A DNA stretch of 64,000 nucleotides from Dehalococcoidia bacterium (GCA_009692765.1 SHYQ01000001.1:29096-93095), one strand, 5' to 3'; numbered from the stretch's first letter, positions 19,848 to 30,767 are shown. Numbers and translations: made by a program. Notes: generated from the sequence alone by a model not told the origin.

Positions 19848-20549
19848 TTACGCGTTCGTGTCCGCCGCGGGCGCCCCGCCACTCGGCGCCCCGCGACGCT
19901 TCGCCTGCAACTGCTCCATCACGCGCTCCAACGTCTCGTACTCCTGAGCACCGACTACGGCGTACTGCTCGTCGAGGATGAACGTCGGGATCGCCTGCAC
20001 GCCGACCGCGTAGGACTGCTCGATGCCCTCGTTCACCGTCTGCAGGTGGGCGCCGCTGACCAGCGCCGCGCGCAGTGCCGCGCCGTCCAGTCCGACCGCG
20101 TCGGCGTGCCGCACCAGCACGTCCGCATCCATCAGGTTCTCGAAGTCGGTGAAGTACGCCTTGAACAGCGCGCGGTGGTAGTCCATCACCTGCCGGACGG
20201 TCCCGTGCTGGCGCGCGAACTCACCGGCCTGCAGCGCGAGGAGCGTGTGCGGCGTGAACGTCCTGCCGCGGCGGAATTCGAGGCCCAGCCGCTTGCCCCG
20301 CGCCTCCACGGGCGTCTCGGGGCTATCGGGCGCCTGCGGCTGGCGCGGCCGTCCCTCGGGCGGGATCGAGGGGTCGAGGAAGAACGGAGCCCAGTCGAGC
20401 TCGATGTCCCAGTGTTCGTAGAGCCGTTCGACCTCCACGAGGCCGATGTAGCACCACGGTCAGATGAAGTCCGAGACGATCGTAAGCCGCAACGGGCCCG
20501 TGCGTTCTTCGTCGGTGCGGGCGTGGGCGTGGGCGTGGGCGTCGGTCAC
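19848..20549 (-). CDS. Selenocysteine-containing DsbA/FrnE-family thioredoxin-fold oxidoreductase (233 aa, Sec at codon 30)
   Basis: GGAGA RBS and GTG 20549. Reading through TGA 20462-20460 gives LTIVSDFI-U-PWCYIGLVEVERL..WAPFFLDP..GVQAIPTFIL..VGAQ, i.e. the FrnE DxxCPWCY motif with TGA at the first Cys. Confidence 0.88.
20424..20459 (-). promoter_or_regulatory. Putative bacterial SECIS hairpin
   Basis: Directly 3' of the UGA: CCGU..UCGGCCUC-GUG-GAGGUCGA-ACGG. 8-bp upper stem, apical loop beginning with G 21 nt after the UGA, and a CCGU/ACGG lower pairing. Confidence 0.7.
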
Positions 20550-20676
20550 ATCAGTCTCCAGCCGTGCGGACGGTCCGCGGGTCATGTGAGAGCGCGGCAG
20601 CAGCATAGCGCAGCGGCCAAGGGCGGGTCGCGGGTGTCCGTTCGTGCGGGCCGCGCGAGCCGTGTTATCGTCGGCG

Positions 20677-21873
20677 ATGGTGACCGTCGAACAACAGTTC
20701 CCGACCCCCGTGACGAATGCCACCGAGGTGGCTTCGATCGCCGTCGCGATTGCGCGGGCGGGGTGGTTCGCGCTCGACCTCGAGTTCATGACCGAGGGGC
20801 GCTACGTCGCGGATCTCTCGCTGGTGCAGGTGGGCTGGGGCGATCACGAGTCCCCCACCGTCGCCGCGATCGACCCGCTGGAGGTCGACGCCCGCCCCGT
20901 CATCGAGCTCGTGGCGCGCGACGACGTCGAGGTCGTCCTCCACTCGGCGCAGGCCGACCTCGCGTTGATCGGCGCCGCCTTCGGCGTGCGTGCGACGCGC
21001 GTCTTCGACACCCAGATCGCAGCGGCGTTCTTGGGGCTGGGTGAGCAGATCGGCTACGGCGCGCTCGTCGAGCGCATGGCGGGCGTGCGCCTGGACAAGG
21101 GCGCGCAGTACACCGAGTGGTCGCGCCGCCCGCTTTCCGATGACCAGCTGCGCTATGCGCTGGACGACGTGCGCTACCTGCCCGCCGTCTGGCTGCAACT
21201 GCGGCAGCAGCTCGAGTCGCGCGGGCGCACCGCGTGGGTGCAGGAGGAGTGCGATCTCCTGGCGGACGCGTGGGCGGAACGCACGCCGCCGGACGAGATG
21301 TACCGCCGCGTCCGGGGCTGGAACGGCCTCAAGCGCCGCTCGTTGGGCGCGCTGCGTGCGGTCGCCGCGTGGCGCGAGCAGGAGGCGCTGCGGACCAACC
21401 GCCCGCCCTCGTGGATCATGAACGACCGGTCGCTGCTCGAACTCGCCCGCCGCCCCCCGCGCGAGGCCGCCGACCTGGGCGCGGTGCGCGGGCTGGGCGA
21501 GGGGACGGTGCAGCGCTACGGCGCGGCGATCCTAGAGGTGGTGGAGCGCGGCGTGAACGACCCGCCCGAGGATGAAGCCACCCCACCGCGCCTCCCGAAC
21601 CTCGGGCAGGCATGGCCCGCCATCCTCAGCGGCATCGTGCAGGCGCGCTGCTGTGAGGCGGAGATCGCGGCGCGCTTCGTGGCCACGCGCCACGAGATGG
21701 ACGAGATGATCGCGTGGTGGCTCACCGGCGATCGCGCGCAAGAGCCGCAGCTCCCGCTGCTGCGCGGCTGGCGTCGCGAACTCGCCGGGCGCGACCTGCT
21801 GGACTGGCTTCGCGGCGAGACGACCGTCGCCGTGGACATGCACACCGAGGCCGGCGTCCGCATCCAGCGCTAG
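20677..21873 (+). CDS. rnd: Ribonuclease D
   Basis: DEDD exonuclease motifs ALDLEF, LHSAQADL, FDTQIAA and WSRRPLSDDQLRYALDDV, followed by an HRDC domain (WREQEALRTNRP). Confidence 0.92.
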   Translation: MVTVEQQFPTPVTNATEVASIAVAIARAGWFALDLEFMTEGRYVADLSLVQVGWGDHESPTVAAIDPLEVDARPVIELVARDDVEVVLHSAQADLALIGAAFGVRATRVFDTQIAAAFLGLGEQIGYGALVERMAGVRLDKGAQYTEWSRRPLSDDQLRYALDDVRYLPAVWLQLRQQLESRGRTAWVQEECDLLADAWAERTPPDEMYRRVRGWNGLKRRSLGALRAVAAWREQEALRTNRPPSWIMNDRSLLELARRPPREAADLGAVRGLGEGTVQRYGAAILEVVERGVNDPPEDEATPPRLPNLGQAWPAILSGIVQARCCEAEIAARFVATRHEMDEMIAWWLTGDRAQEPQLPLLRGWRRELAGRDLLDWLRGETTVAVDMHTEAGVRIQR

Positions 21874-22076
21874 GTGTTGCTCACGCCCTCGCGCACTCGC
21901 GCCCGGCCCTCCTGAGCGCCGCCGTGTCAGGTGTACCGCCTGACGATTCCGACAGGCTCCCGCTCGGATCAGGGTTTGCCCGGTTCCCGCGTTTCCGTCG
22001 TGCACGGATATTGAGCGCAACACCGGCAACACCGACAGCACCTCGGCGCGGACAGCGCTCGGACAGGGAGCGACGA

Positions 22077-23032
22077 ATGAGTGAGCACGACACCCCCGAC
22101 ATCCTCGACCCGATGGCGGTCGCCCTCCGCGCGAGCGGGCCGCGCATCTCCTGCCGGATCTTCACCCGCCGCACCTCCACGTGGCTGCTGGCGGGCGGGG
22201 CGATGACCGTCCTCGCCGCCTGCGGCAGCGCCGCCGCCACGAAGGAGGAGGTCGCGGTGCTCCGCAAGGAGGTCACCGCGCTCAAAGGCGAGGGCGCCAA
22301 GGCCACCGATGCGCATGGCGCTCCCGGCGCGACCACCGCGAAGCACTGGGAGTACGCGGGCGCGAACTGGCCGGAGAAGTGGGGCGAGCTCGCTCCCGAG
22401 AACGCGGTCTGCAGCGCCGGCTCCACGCAGTCGCCGATCGACATCGCGGGGACGCAGCTGGGCGCGATGGGGCCACGAACATCAAGTGGCAGCCCGCGGC
22501 GCTGAACGTGGTGAACAACGGCCACACGATCCAGGCCGACGTGGCCAACGGCGGCGTCATAGAGGTCGATGGCGTGCCGTACACGCTGGTGCAGTTCCAC
22601 TTCCACGCCCCCTCGGAGCACACGGTCGGCGGGAAGCGCTTCGCGATGGAGACGCATTTCGTGCACAAGAGTGCGAAGGGCGAGCTCGCTGTGATCGGCG
22701 TGCTGCACGAGGCCGGTGACGCGAACGAGGCGCTCGCCCCGCTCTGGAGCGCGCTCCCGAATACGACCGAGGAGAAGAAGCCGCTCGCGAAGTTCGACCT
22801 CGCCTCCGTGCTGCCGGCCGACCGCTCGATGTACCGCTACGCCGGATCGCTCACCACCCCGCCGTGCACCGAGGGCGTGCGCTGGCAGCTGCTCCAATCG
22901 CCCACCTCCGTCTCCGACGCGCAGGTGAAGGCGCTCAACGCGATCATCAAGCCGAACGCCCGCCCGATTCAGCCGCAGAAGGCGCGCGACGTGCTCAAGG
23001 AGGCGCTCGCGAAGCTGACCGCGAACAGGTAG
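22077..23032 (+). pseudogene. Alpha-class carbonic anhydrase, probable secreted lipoprotein; one frameshift near 22466-22473 (likely assembly error)
   Basis: First frame: FTRR..LAAC signal/lipobox, HWEY, C..G..QSPIDI. Second frame: NNGHTIQ, QFHFHAPSEH, ETHFVH, YRYAGSLTTPPCTEGVRW, NARPIQP. Adding one G to ATGGGGCC joins the frames. Confidence 0.85.
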
Positions 23033-23141
23033 CGGAGCCGCTGCTCCAGCCCGGGCGCCGAGGGCGAGTCGCCCGGGCCTGTGCGCCCCCGGCTCGGAGC
23101 CGGTCCCTACGCTCACGTCTCCGCTCCGTCATCATGGCCGC

Positions 23142-25161
23142 ATGAGGTCGAGCCCCTTCGACTACACCGCGGTGACCCCGCACGCCGTCCGCGAAGGCGG
23201 TGAGGCGGCGATCGCCCGCTGCGAGGCCATCCTCGCGGAGTTGGTGGCGATCCCGGCGACCGGGCGGACCTTCGCCAACACCGTGCTGCCGCTGGACGAG
23301 GTGCGCGCGACCCTTGCGGGCACGGGCGGTCGCTACGGCTTTCTCTCCAACGTCGCCGACGATGAGGTGCTCCGGAGCGAGGCGCGCACGCTGCGTCAGC
23401 GTCTGGACACTTACGCCACCGCGGTCGGCTTCCGGGAGGAGCTGTTCGCGGCGTTGAGCGACTACGCGCAACAGTGCGGAGGCGGTGTCGCTGGGGCCGC
23501 TGGAACGTAGATACCTCGACCACGTGCTGCGCGACTTCCGGCGCAACGGCTTCGCCCTCGGTCGCCCCGAGCGAGCGCGCGTGCAGGCGCTGCGCGAGCG
23601 CCTCGTCGCGCTCGGCGTCGACTTCCGCCGCCACATCGACGAGGCGGACGACGCGCTCTGGCTCGCGCGCGACGACCTCTCGGGGCTGCCGCAGTCGTAC
23701 GTCGATCGCCTGCAATCGCGCGACACCGCCGAGGGCCTGCGCTACCGCGTCTCGCTGGAGTACCCGGAGTTCTACGCGTTCATGGACGGCGCCGAGCGCG
23801 GGGACCTGCGTCGCGCGTTGTTCCTGCTCAACCAACACAAGGCCGCCGCGACGAACCTGCCGATCCTCGATGAGGCGATCGCGCTGCGCGACGAGATCGC
23901 GACCACGCTCGGGTACGCCTCGTGGGCGCACTACATGATCGAGATGCGCATGGCCGCGACGCCCGAGGCGGCGACCGCGTTCCTCGTGGACCTCGAGGCC
24001 CGCGTGCGCGCGAAGGCCGAGATCGACATCGCCGAACTCGCCGCCTCGAAGCGCGTCCACACCGGCGGCCCCGCGGCACGGCTCGAGATCTGGGACTGGC
24101 GCTTCTACCAGGAGCGCGTGATGCGCGAGCGCTACGGCGTCGACTCCTTTGCGGTCGCCGAGTACTTCCCGCTGGAGGTCACCCTCGACGGCATGTTCGC
24201 GCATGCCCAGCGGCTGTTCGGCGTGCGGTTCATCGAGGTGCCGGAGCCGCGCGCGTGGCACCCGGACGTGCGCCTGTTCGACGTTCGGGACGTCGAAAGC
24301 GACGCGTGGCTTGGGGCGTTCTACCTCGACCTGCACCCGCGCGCGGAGAAGTACGGGCACACCGCGGCGTTCATGCTGCGCCCCGGGCGTCGCCTGGCGG
24401 ACGGCAGCTACGAGGGTGGCGTCTCCGCCATGGTCGCGAACTTCACGAAGCCCAGCTCCGCGGGGCACGGCCCAGGCACGCCCAGCCTGCTGCGCCATTC
24501 CGAGGTCAACACGCTGTTCCACGAGTTCGGGCACATCCTGCACCGGGTGCTGACCCGCGCACCCTACGCGCGCTTCGCCGGCAGCAGCGTGCAGCACGAC
24601 TTCGTCGAGGCGCCCTCGCAGATGCTGGAGCACTGGGCGTGGGACTCGGACGTGCTGGCCGGCTTCACCCGCCACGTCACCACCGGTCAGCCGCTCCCCG
24701 CGGACCTGCTGGCGAGGATGATCGCGGCGAAGCACGTTGCGAGCGGCGTGCACTACCTGCGCCAGCTGTACTTCGCGCGCCTCGACCTCGCGTACCATGG
24801 CGCGGGGCGGTCGAAGGACAGCGACGCGATCGCGGCGTCGCTGCATGACATCAGCGGCTTCCCGTTCCCGGCGGGCACGCATTTTCAGGCGGGGTTCGGC
24901 CACCTCTTCGGCTACGACGCGGGCTACTACGGCTACCTGTGGTCGAGGGTGTACGGCGACGACATGGCCTCGCGCTTCCTCGAGGATCCGGGGAGTGGTG
25001 ATCCGGTCGGCCTCGAGGCGGTCGGGCGGCACTACCGCCGCACGATCCTCGAGGTGGGTGGGACGCAGGACGGCGCGGACCTCGTGCGCGCGTTCCTCGG
25101 TCGGGAGCCGAGGAGCGGCCCGTTCCTGCGCGAGATCGGGCTCGATGTGCTCGGCGGCTAA
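23142..25161 (+). pseudogene. M3A family oligopeptidase (thimet oligopeptidase-like); one frameshift near 23468-23472 (likely assembly error)
   Basis: RTFANTVLPLD in the first frame; RDFRRNG, FYLDLHPRAEKY, LFHEFGH, DFVEAPSQMLE and YDAGYYGYLWS in the second. Removing one base gives a continuous frame ..DYA-x-SAEAVSLGP. Confidence 0.87.
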
Positions 25162-25382
25162 CGCGTGCGCGCACCCATCTGCAGCGCAGCGAGCAGCCGC
25201 GCCGAGGTCGTCGCGATCTCCGCCACCGACGCCTCGAAGACGGCGCTGTTCGCGGGCGAGGGGCGCTGGAAGCCGCTGACCTTCCGCACGAACTGGAGCG
25301 CCGCCGCCTCCACCTCCTCGCGGGAGGCGGGCGGGTCGTTGCTGCCGGCGGCGGGGCGCAGACGCTTGATCGATCGGCACAT
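25158..25382 (-). CDS. DUF2277 family protein
   Basis: MCRSIKRLR..EEVEAAALQFVRKVSGF..PS..N..FE signature. Confidence 0.85.
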   Translation of the reverse strand: MCRSIKRLRPAAGSNDPPASREEVEAAALQFVRKVSGFQRPSPANSAVFEASVAEIATTSARLLAALQMGARTR

Positions 25383-25505
25383 CGGCGGCTCCTCGCGGCT
25401 CCTCGCGGTTTCTGGCGGCGATGCAGCGCAGGATGCGAGTGTACGGCGCGCACGTCCGCGTTGCGGCGCGTGGCGTTAGACTGACGTTCCGGGAAAGGCA
25501 GCCAG

Positions 25506-26414
25506 ATGCGCGTCGGCATCTCCCTCACCAGCGCCTACCGCGTCGAGGATCCCCGCGAGGGGGCGCGGTGGATGATCGAGCGGGCGGCGGCGGCGCACGG
25601 CGCCGACCTGGACTCGCTGTTCGTGGGCGATCACCACTCCACCGGCCCCGGCACCTACTACCAGAACGTCCCGATCATGGGACGCCTGCTCGCGGAGTGG
25701 GGTGACCGACCGGCCGGCGTGCTGTTCCTGCTGCCGCTGTGGAACCCGGTGCTGGTCGCCGAGCAGGTGGGCACGCTGGCCGCGATCCATCAGGGCCGGT
25801 TCATCATCCAGTGCGCGATCGGCCGCGACGACCCGCAGTCGCCGGCGATGGGGGTGAACGCGAGGTTCCGCCCCTCGATGTTCGAGGAGTCGCTGGGCAT
25901 CATCCGCCGGCTGCTCGCGGGCGAGACGGTCTCCTCGGACGGGCGCTTCCACTTGACCGGGGCGCAGATCGCGCCCGTCGCGCTCGAGCCGGTGGAGGTG
26001 TGGATCGGCGGCAGCGTCTCGAAGTCCATCGACCGCGCGGCGCGGCTCGGCGAGGGGTGGCTGGGCGACCCGAGCCTCGCGTTGGAGGCGATCGCGGCGC
26101 AGGCCGCCGAGTACCACGAACGCGCGCAGGTGTACGGGCGCACCCCGGCGGCGGTGGCGGTGCGTCGCAACGTCTTCGTCGGCGCCACCGACGAGGAGGC
26201 GGCGCGCGTGCTGGAGCCGCTGCTTGCCCGCACCACCGGCGATCGGTCGACGATGCTCTACGGTTCGCCCGAGACGGTGGCTCGCCACATGAAATCGCTC
26301 GCCGACATCGGCTTCACTGACGTCATCGTGCGCAGCCTCGTTTCCGACCAGCGCCTGACGATCCAGAGCATCGAGCGCCTCGCCGAGGTGCGCGAGCGCG
26401 TGCGCGACTTCTAG
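25506..26414 (+). CDS. LLM-class flavin-dependent oxidoreductase
   Basis: DSLFVGDHH, LPLWNPVLVAEQVGTL, VWIGG and RAARLGEGWL. Confidence 0.88.
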   Translation: MRVGISLTSAYRVEDPREGARWMIERAAAAHGADLDSLFVGDHHSTGPGTYYQNVPIMGRLLAEWGDRPAGVLFLLPLWNPVLVAEQVGTLAAIHQGRFIIQCAIGRDDPQSPAMGVNARFRPSMFEESLGIIRRLLAGETVSSDGRFHLTGAQIAPVALEPVEVWIGGSVSKSIDRAARLGEGWLGDPSLALEAIAAQAAEYHERAQVYGRTPAAVAVRRNVFVGATDEEAARVLEPLLARTTGDRSTMLYGSPETVARHMKSLADIGFTDVIVRSLVSDQRLTIQSIERLAEVRERVRDF

Positions 26415-26415
26415 C

Positions 26416-26955
26416 GTGGGCGTAACGGACGCGCCCGATCGGGCCCCGCACCCTGCGCCGCATCCGCGCGACGCCGCCGCGATCGAAGGGTTGCGGGACG
26501 TGGTGCGCGTCCACGTGAACGACTCGCGGTGGTGGCAGAACGCGTCGTTCGCGCTGCCGCTGCTGGTGTCGGTCGTTTCGCTCCTCGTGGGGGTGGTGTT
26601 CCAGCGCGCTGAGGGGATCGGCTTCGGGCTGTTCGCCGCGGCGGTGACGCTGATCATGGTCCCGGTGGTGCTGCTGACGTGGCGCAGCACCGCGACGGCG
26701 ATCGTCCTGACGAAGCACGGCGCCTCCGCGCTCCACCTCGGGCGGATGCTGCATCACGTCGACTGGCGCGACCTCCAGCGCATCGAGCGCGTCGAGTACC
26801 TAGGCAACACGCGCTACAAGCTGGTGCACGGCGATACGGAGTTCCTGACCGTGGAGGGCGAGATCGAGGACGCCGCCGGCCTGGTGGAGACCGCCTTCGC
26901 GCTCTCGGGCGTCGCGAGGCAGAGCGATGGTGCGCCCGGCGCGCCCGGTGCGTAG
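26416..26955 (+). CDS. Hypothetical membrane protein (two TM helices plus a PH-like C-terminal domain)
   Basis: Starts 1 nt after the LLM stop. Two hydrophobic helices followed by a beta-rich region (VDWRDLQRIE). Confidence 0.65.
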   Translation: MGVTDAPDRAPHPAPHPRDAAAIEGLRDVVRVHVNDSRWWQNASFALPLLVSVVSLLVGVVFQRAEGIGFGLFAAAVTLIMVPVVLLTWRSTATAIVLTKHGASALHLGRMLHHVDWRDLQRIERVEYLGNTRYKLVHGDTEFLTVEGEIEDAAGLVETAFALSGVARQSDGAPGAPGA

Positions 26956-27027
26956 CGCGCTGCGGGTCGTGCCGTGGACGGGTGCGGACGAGTGCGGACA
27001 GGCCCCACAAGCGTAGAGGAGGCGCGC

Positions 27028-27579
27028 GTGAACATCGGCAGGATCGGGCGCACCGAGGATGACGACATCCGCGAGGCGCTGCAAGAGTTCCCCTACGGCA
27101 TCTACATCATCGGCACGACGCGGGACGGGCGTCCGAACGCAATGATTGCGGACTGGGTGATGCAGGTGTCGTTCGAGCCGCGGCTGATCGCGGTGGGCTT
27201 CGAGCGCGACTCCTCCTCGCTTGCGCGCATCCGGGAGAACGGTGCGTTCACCGTGAACCTGCTGAACCGCGAGGGCAACGGTATGGCGCTGGCGCGGGGG
27301 TTCGTGCAACCGGCCGACGCCTCGAAGGTGCGGGGACGCAGCAACCAAGCGGCGGCGCAGCAGCACGACAAGCTGGCGGGCGTCGCCCACCGCCTGTCCG
27401 AGCGCGCCCCCGGCTGTCCGATCCTCGACGACGCGCTGGCGTACGCGGAGTGCGCGGCGGAGCAGTTCGTCGATGCGGGCGATCACGTGCTGGTGCTCGG
27501 GCGCGTGCTCTACGCTGAGGTGCTGAACAGCGGCGAGCCGCTGACCTCCACGTTCACCGGCTGGTCGTACGGCGGGTAA
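27028..27579 (+). CDS. Flavin reductase family protein
   Basis: FPYGIYIIGT, WVMQVSFEPRL, FTVNLL, GCPIL and AGDHVLVLG. GAGGAGG RBS before GTG 27028. Confidence 0.9.
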   Translation: MNIGRIGRTEDDDIREALQEFPYGIYIIGTTRDGRPNAMIADWVMQVSFEPRLIAVGFERDSSSLARIRENGAFTVNLLNREGNGMALARGFVQPADASKVRGRSNQAAAQQHDKLAGVAHRLSERAPGCPILDDALAYAECAAEQFVDAGDHVLVLGRVLYAEVLNSGEPLTSTFTGWSYGG

Positions 27580-27618
27580 GGTCTGGGGGTAGCGTGGTGT
27601 GGGGTCCGGGCCCGCCGC

Positions 27619-28290
27619 TCACACGATCGGCGCGCCGCGGCCGCCCCCGTCGCGGCCCGCAGCGCCGGCGGCGAGTCGCCGCACCGCCTCCTCCAGCGCC
27701 TCGGACGCACGGCCGGCGGTCAGGTCGTCCGGCGCGGTCAACTGGAGGATGGCGAGGCCGGTCGCGAGCGCGAGCAGGGGCTCCGCCGCGGCCGCCGCGT
27801 CGAGGTCCGCGGGCAGCTCACCGTTGCGGACGCCTGCCTCGATCAGTTCCTCGATGGCGCGTCTCTGCGCGGTCTGGCTACCGCGTTCGTGGCGGCGCAG
27901 CTCCTCGTCACGCGCGCTCTGCGCGGCCACCTCGACCCAGAACTGCCACCACGCACGGCGCTCCCGCGTGTCGAGGACGAAACCCGCGAGCAGGCCGCGC
28001 AGCCGGGCGAGCGGGGAGCCGCCGAGCGCGCCCCCCTCGGGCGCGCCGGCGGCGGAGGCCAGCGCCGCCAGCACCAGTCCGCGCTTGTTGCTGAAGTGGT
28101 AGTTGACCGTGCCGGTGCTCAGCCCGGTGGCGCGCGCCACCTGCCGCATCGTCATGCCGTCGATGCCGTGCTCGCCGATGAGCGCGATGACGTGACGGAG
28201 TATCTCGTTGCGTCGCGGCTCCCGGGCGCCGTCAGTCGGCGGGGCAGCCGCCGGCGCAGTGGCGGCATCGGGGCTGGCGGGGAGTGTCAT
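27619..28290 (-). CDS. TetR-family (BetI-like) transcriptional regulator
   Basis: HTH GMTMRQVARATGLSTGTVNYHFSNK; C-terminal WWQFW and GVRNGEL. Confidence 0.9.
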   Translation of the reverse strand: MTLPASPDAATAPAAAPPTDGAREPRRNEILRHVIALIGEHGIDGMTMRQVARATGLSTGTVNYHFSNKRGLVLAALASAAGAPEGGALGGSPLARLRGLLAGFVLDTRERRAWWQFWVEVAAQSARDEELRRHERGSQTAQRRAIEELIEAGVRNGELPADLDAAAAAEPLLALATGLAILQLTAPDDLTAGRASEALEEAVRRLAAGAAGRDGGGRGAPIV

Positions 28291-28353
28291 GGTGGAGTCG
28301 CCTCCTCGTCGCGCTGCTGCTCGATGGCGCGCGCAAGGTGGCCGAGCGGTCCG

Positions 28354-28548
28354 CTACCAGAATCCCGTCTTGTAGAACACATCACCGTGCGCCCATCCGC
28401 GGGTTCCGGCCTTCTGCATCCGCGCCAGGTGCTTCGTGCACACCCACAGCGTCAGACGCTCGCGGTCGTCGGGGTCCTCGCGCCAGCGGGAGACTGCGAC
28501 CTCGCGGTTGGGGCGGGCGGTGCAGAACTCGCAGCGCTGAGTCGCCAT
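28354..28548 (-). CDS. Small putative zinc-binding protein (64 aa, CxxC..CxxH)
   Basis: CEFC...CTKH. TAGGAT -10 hexamer 7 nt before the ATG (leaderless pattern). Confidence 0.62.
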   Translation of the reverse strand: MATQRCEFCTARPNREVAVSRWREDPDDRERLTLWVCTKHLARMQKAGTRGWAHGDVFYKTGFW

Positions 28549-28703
28549 CGCATCGATCCTATACCCGCTTAACCCGGCTGTCGGGCTTTCGGGGCGATTC
28601 CCCCCGCTACGCCCTCGCTGACGGCCGTTGTACGAGATTTCAGCGCCTCGCGGCGGCAGTCGTTACCACACCACCACACGGCCACGCGGGGTGGCGAGCG
28701 CGA

Positions 28704-30542
28704 CTAGACGCTCGCCGCCATCCGCGGGCGGCGGGCCGCCTTGTCGCGCTCGTTGCTGTCTAGGATCAGCTTGCGCAGCCGGACGACGCGCGGCGTCACC
28801 TCCACGCACTCGTCGGCGCGGATGAACTCCAGCGCCTCCTCCAGCGACAGGCGTCGAGGCGGCGTGACGCGCACCGTGGTGTCGGCGGAGGCAGCACGCA
28901 TGTTGGTGAGCTTCTTCTCGCGGGTGATGTTCACGACCATGTCGTCCGCGCGCGAGTTCTCGCCCACGATCATCCCCTCGTACACCGTGTCGCCGCCGGT
29001 GACGAAGAGCGACGAGCGCTCCTGCAGCGCGGCGATCGCGTACGGCGTCGCCGGCCCCGGGCGGTCCGCGACCAGCGAGCCGGACTCGCGCGTCCGCAGT
29101 TCGCCGGCCCACGGCTCGTAGCCCTCGAAGACGTGGTGCATCAGGCCCGTGCCACGCGTCTCCGTCATGAACTCCGTGTGGAAGCCGATCAGGCCGCGCG
29201 CCGGGACGTCGTACTCCATGCGGATCCGTCCGGTGCCGTGATTCGAGGTGCCCAACAGGCGGCCCCGGCGCGGCGCCAGCAGCCGCGTGACGGAGCCCAT
29301 GTGCTCCTCCGGCACGTCCACGACCAGGCGCTCGGTCGGCTCATGCAGCCGGCCGTCGATCATCCGCGTCACGACCTCCGGCTTGCCGACTGTCATCTCG
29401 AAGCCCTCGCGGCGCATCGTCTCCACCAGTACCGCGAGCTGCAGTTCGCCGCGCCCGTAGACCATCCAGGTGTCGGGACGGTCGGCGGGCTCCACGCGGA
29501 TCGAGACGTTGCCGAGCGTCTCCTGGTCGAAGCGGTTCTTGAGGACGCGCCCAGTCAACTTGTCGCCGTCCTGCCCCGAGAGGGGGGCGGTGTTCACGCC
29601 GATCGTCATCGACATGCTGGGCTCGTCCACCGTGATCACTGGCAGCGGGCGCGGGTCCGCCTGATCCGCCAGCGTCTCGCCGATGGTGACCTCCGGGATG
29701 CCGGCGATCGCGATGAGCTCGCCCGGGCCCACCGACTCCGCGCTCACACGTTCGAGCGCCTCCGTGACGTACAGCTCGACGACCTTCGCGGACTGGATCG
29801 TGCCGTTCACGCGGCACCACGCCACGGTCTGGCCCTTCTTCACGGTTCCCTGATGCACGCGGCAGAGCGCGAGGCGGCCGAGGTATGGCGAGGCGTCGAG
29901 GTTGGTCACCAGCGCCTGGAACGGGTGCCCCTCTTCGTACGTGGGGGCGGGGATGCGGGACATGATCACCTCGAACAGCGGGTCGAGGGTGGTGCCGGGA
30001 ACGGCGGGGTCCAGCGTCGCGGTGCCGGCCCTCGCGTTCGTGTAGACGATCGGGAAGTCGATCTGCTCGTCGGTGGCATCCAGCTCTAGGAAGAGCTCGT
30101 AGGTCTCGTCCACAACCTCGCTCACGCGCGCGTCCGGTCGGTCGATCTTGTTCACGAGGAGGATCACCGGTAGCCGCAGCGAGAGCGCCTTGCGGAGGAC
30201 GAAGCGCGTCTGGGGCAGTGGGCCCTCGGAGGCGTCGACGAGCAGCAGCACGCCGTCGACCATGGTGAGGCCGCGCTCCACCTCGCCGCCGAAGTCGGCG
30301 TGCCCCGGGGTGTCCACGATGTTGATCTTCAGGCCGCCCCGCCGGACCGCGGCGTTCTTCGCGAGGATCGTGATCCCCTTCTCACGTTCGAGGTCCGTGG
30401 AGTCCATGATCCGGTCGGTCAGCGCCTCGTGGGCGGCGAAGGTGCCGGACTGGCGCAGCATGGCGTCCACCAGCGTCGTCTTCCCGTGGTCAACGTGGGC
30501 GATGATCGCGATGTTGCGGAGGTCGTCTCTGGTAGCGGTCAC
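28704..30542 (-). CDS. typA: Translational GTPase TypA/BipA
   Basis: [51 protein letters not shown] and [10 protein letters not shown]. Confidence 0.97.
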   Translation of the reverse strand: MTATRDDLRNIAIIAHVDHGKTTLVDAMLRQSGTFAAHEALTDRIMDSTDLEREKGITILAKNAAVRRGGLKINIVDTPGHADFGGEVERGLTMVDGVLLLVDASEGPLPQTRFVLRKALSLRLPVILLVNKIDRPDARVSEVVDETYELFLELDATDEQIDFPIVYTNARAGTATLDPAVPGTTLDPLFEVIMSRIPAPTYEEGHPFQALVTNLDASPYLGRLALCRVHQGTVKKGQTVAWCRVNGTIQSAKVVELYVTEALERVSAESVGPGELIAIAGIPEVTIGETLADQADPRPLPVITVDEPSMSMTIGVNTAPLSGQDGDKLTGRVLKNRFDQETLGNVSIRVEPADRPDTWMVYGRGELQLAVLVETMRREGFEMTVGKPEVVTRMIDGRLHEPTERLVVDVPEEHMGSVTRLLAPRRGRLLGTSNHGTGRIRMEYDVPARGLIGFHTEFMTETRGTGLMHHVFEGYEPWAGELRTRESGSLVADRPGPATPYAIAALQERSSLFVTGGDTVYEGMIVGENSRADDMVVNITREKKLTNMRAASADTTVRVTPPRRLSLEEALEFIRADECVEVTPRVVRLRKLILDSNERDKAARRPRMAASV

Positions 30543-30767
30543 GCGGATGGGGTCCTGACGATAGGCGGGTGCGTGGTGGCGGCTGGGTTCGGCGGCGCTC
30601 AGCAGCGCTCAGCAGCGCTCACTAGGGGTACGACTGCTCGGTCACGGTGATCCCATGATCACAGCCAACTCCGCCCCGCGCCAGCGGCCCCCGATTGGCT
30701 ACGAATACGACAGCCGCCTCATCGGCGGCTGCGCGGTTCGAGTGCCGTGTCCCAGGGCCGGGTTGTG

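Noticed and set aside
20460..20462. TGA as a true stop or sequencing error
   Set aside because: It falls exactly on the catalytic Cys position with a SECIS-like hairpin behind it, and the other apparent errors in the window are indels rather than substitutions. Kept as Sec pending checks.
21925..21945. GTCAGG..CCTGAC hairpin upstream of the carbonic anhydrase as a riboswitch
   Set aside because: A single short stem with no recognisable aptamer consensus.
22466..23472. Programmed ribosomal frameshifting in the carbonic anhydrase and M3 peptidase genes
   Set aside because: No X-XXY-YYZ slippery heptamer is present, and I know of no precedent in these families. Assembly indels are more plausible.
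30595..30624. GCGCTCAGCA x3 short tandem repeat upstream of typA
   Set aside because: Only about three 10-bp units in intergenic DNA, with no evidence of function.
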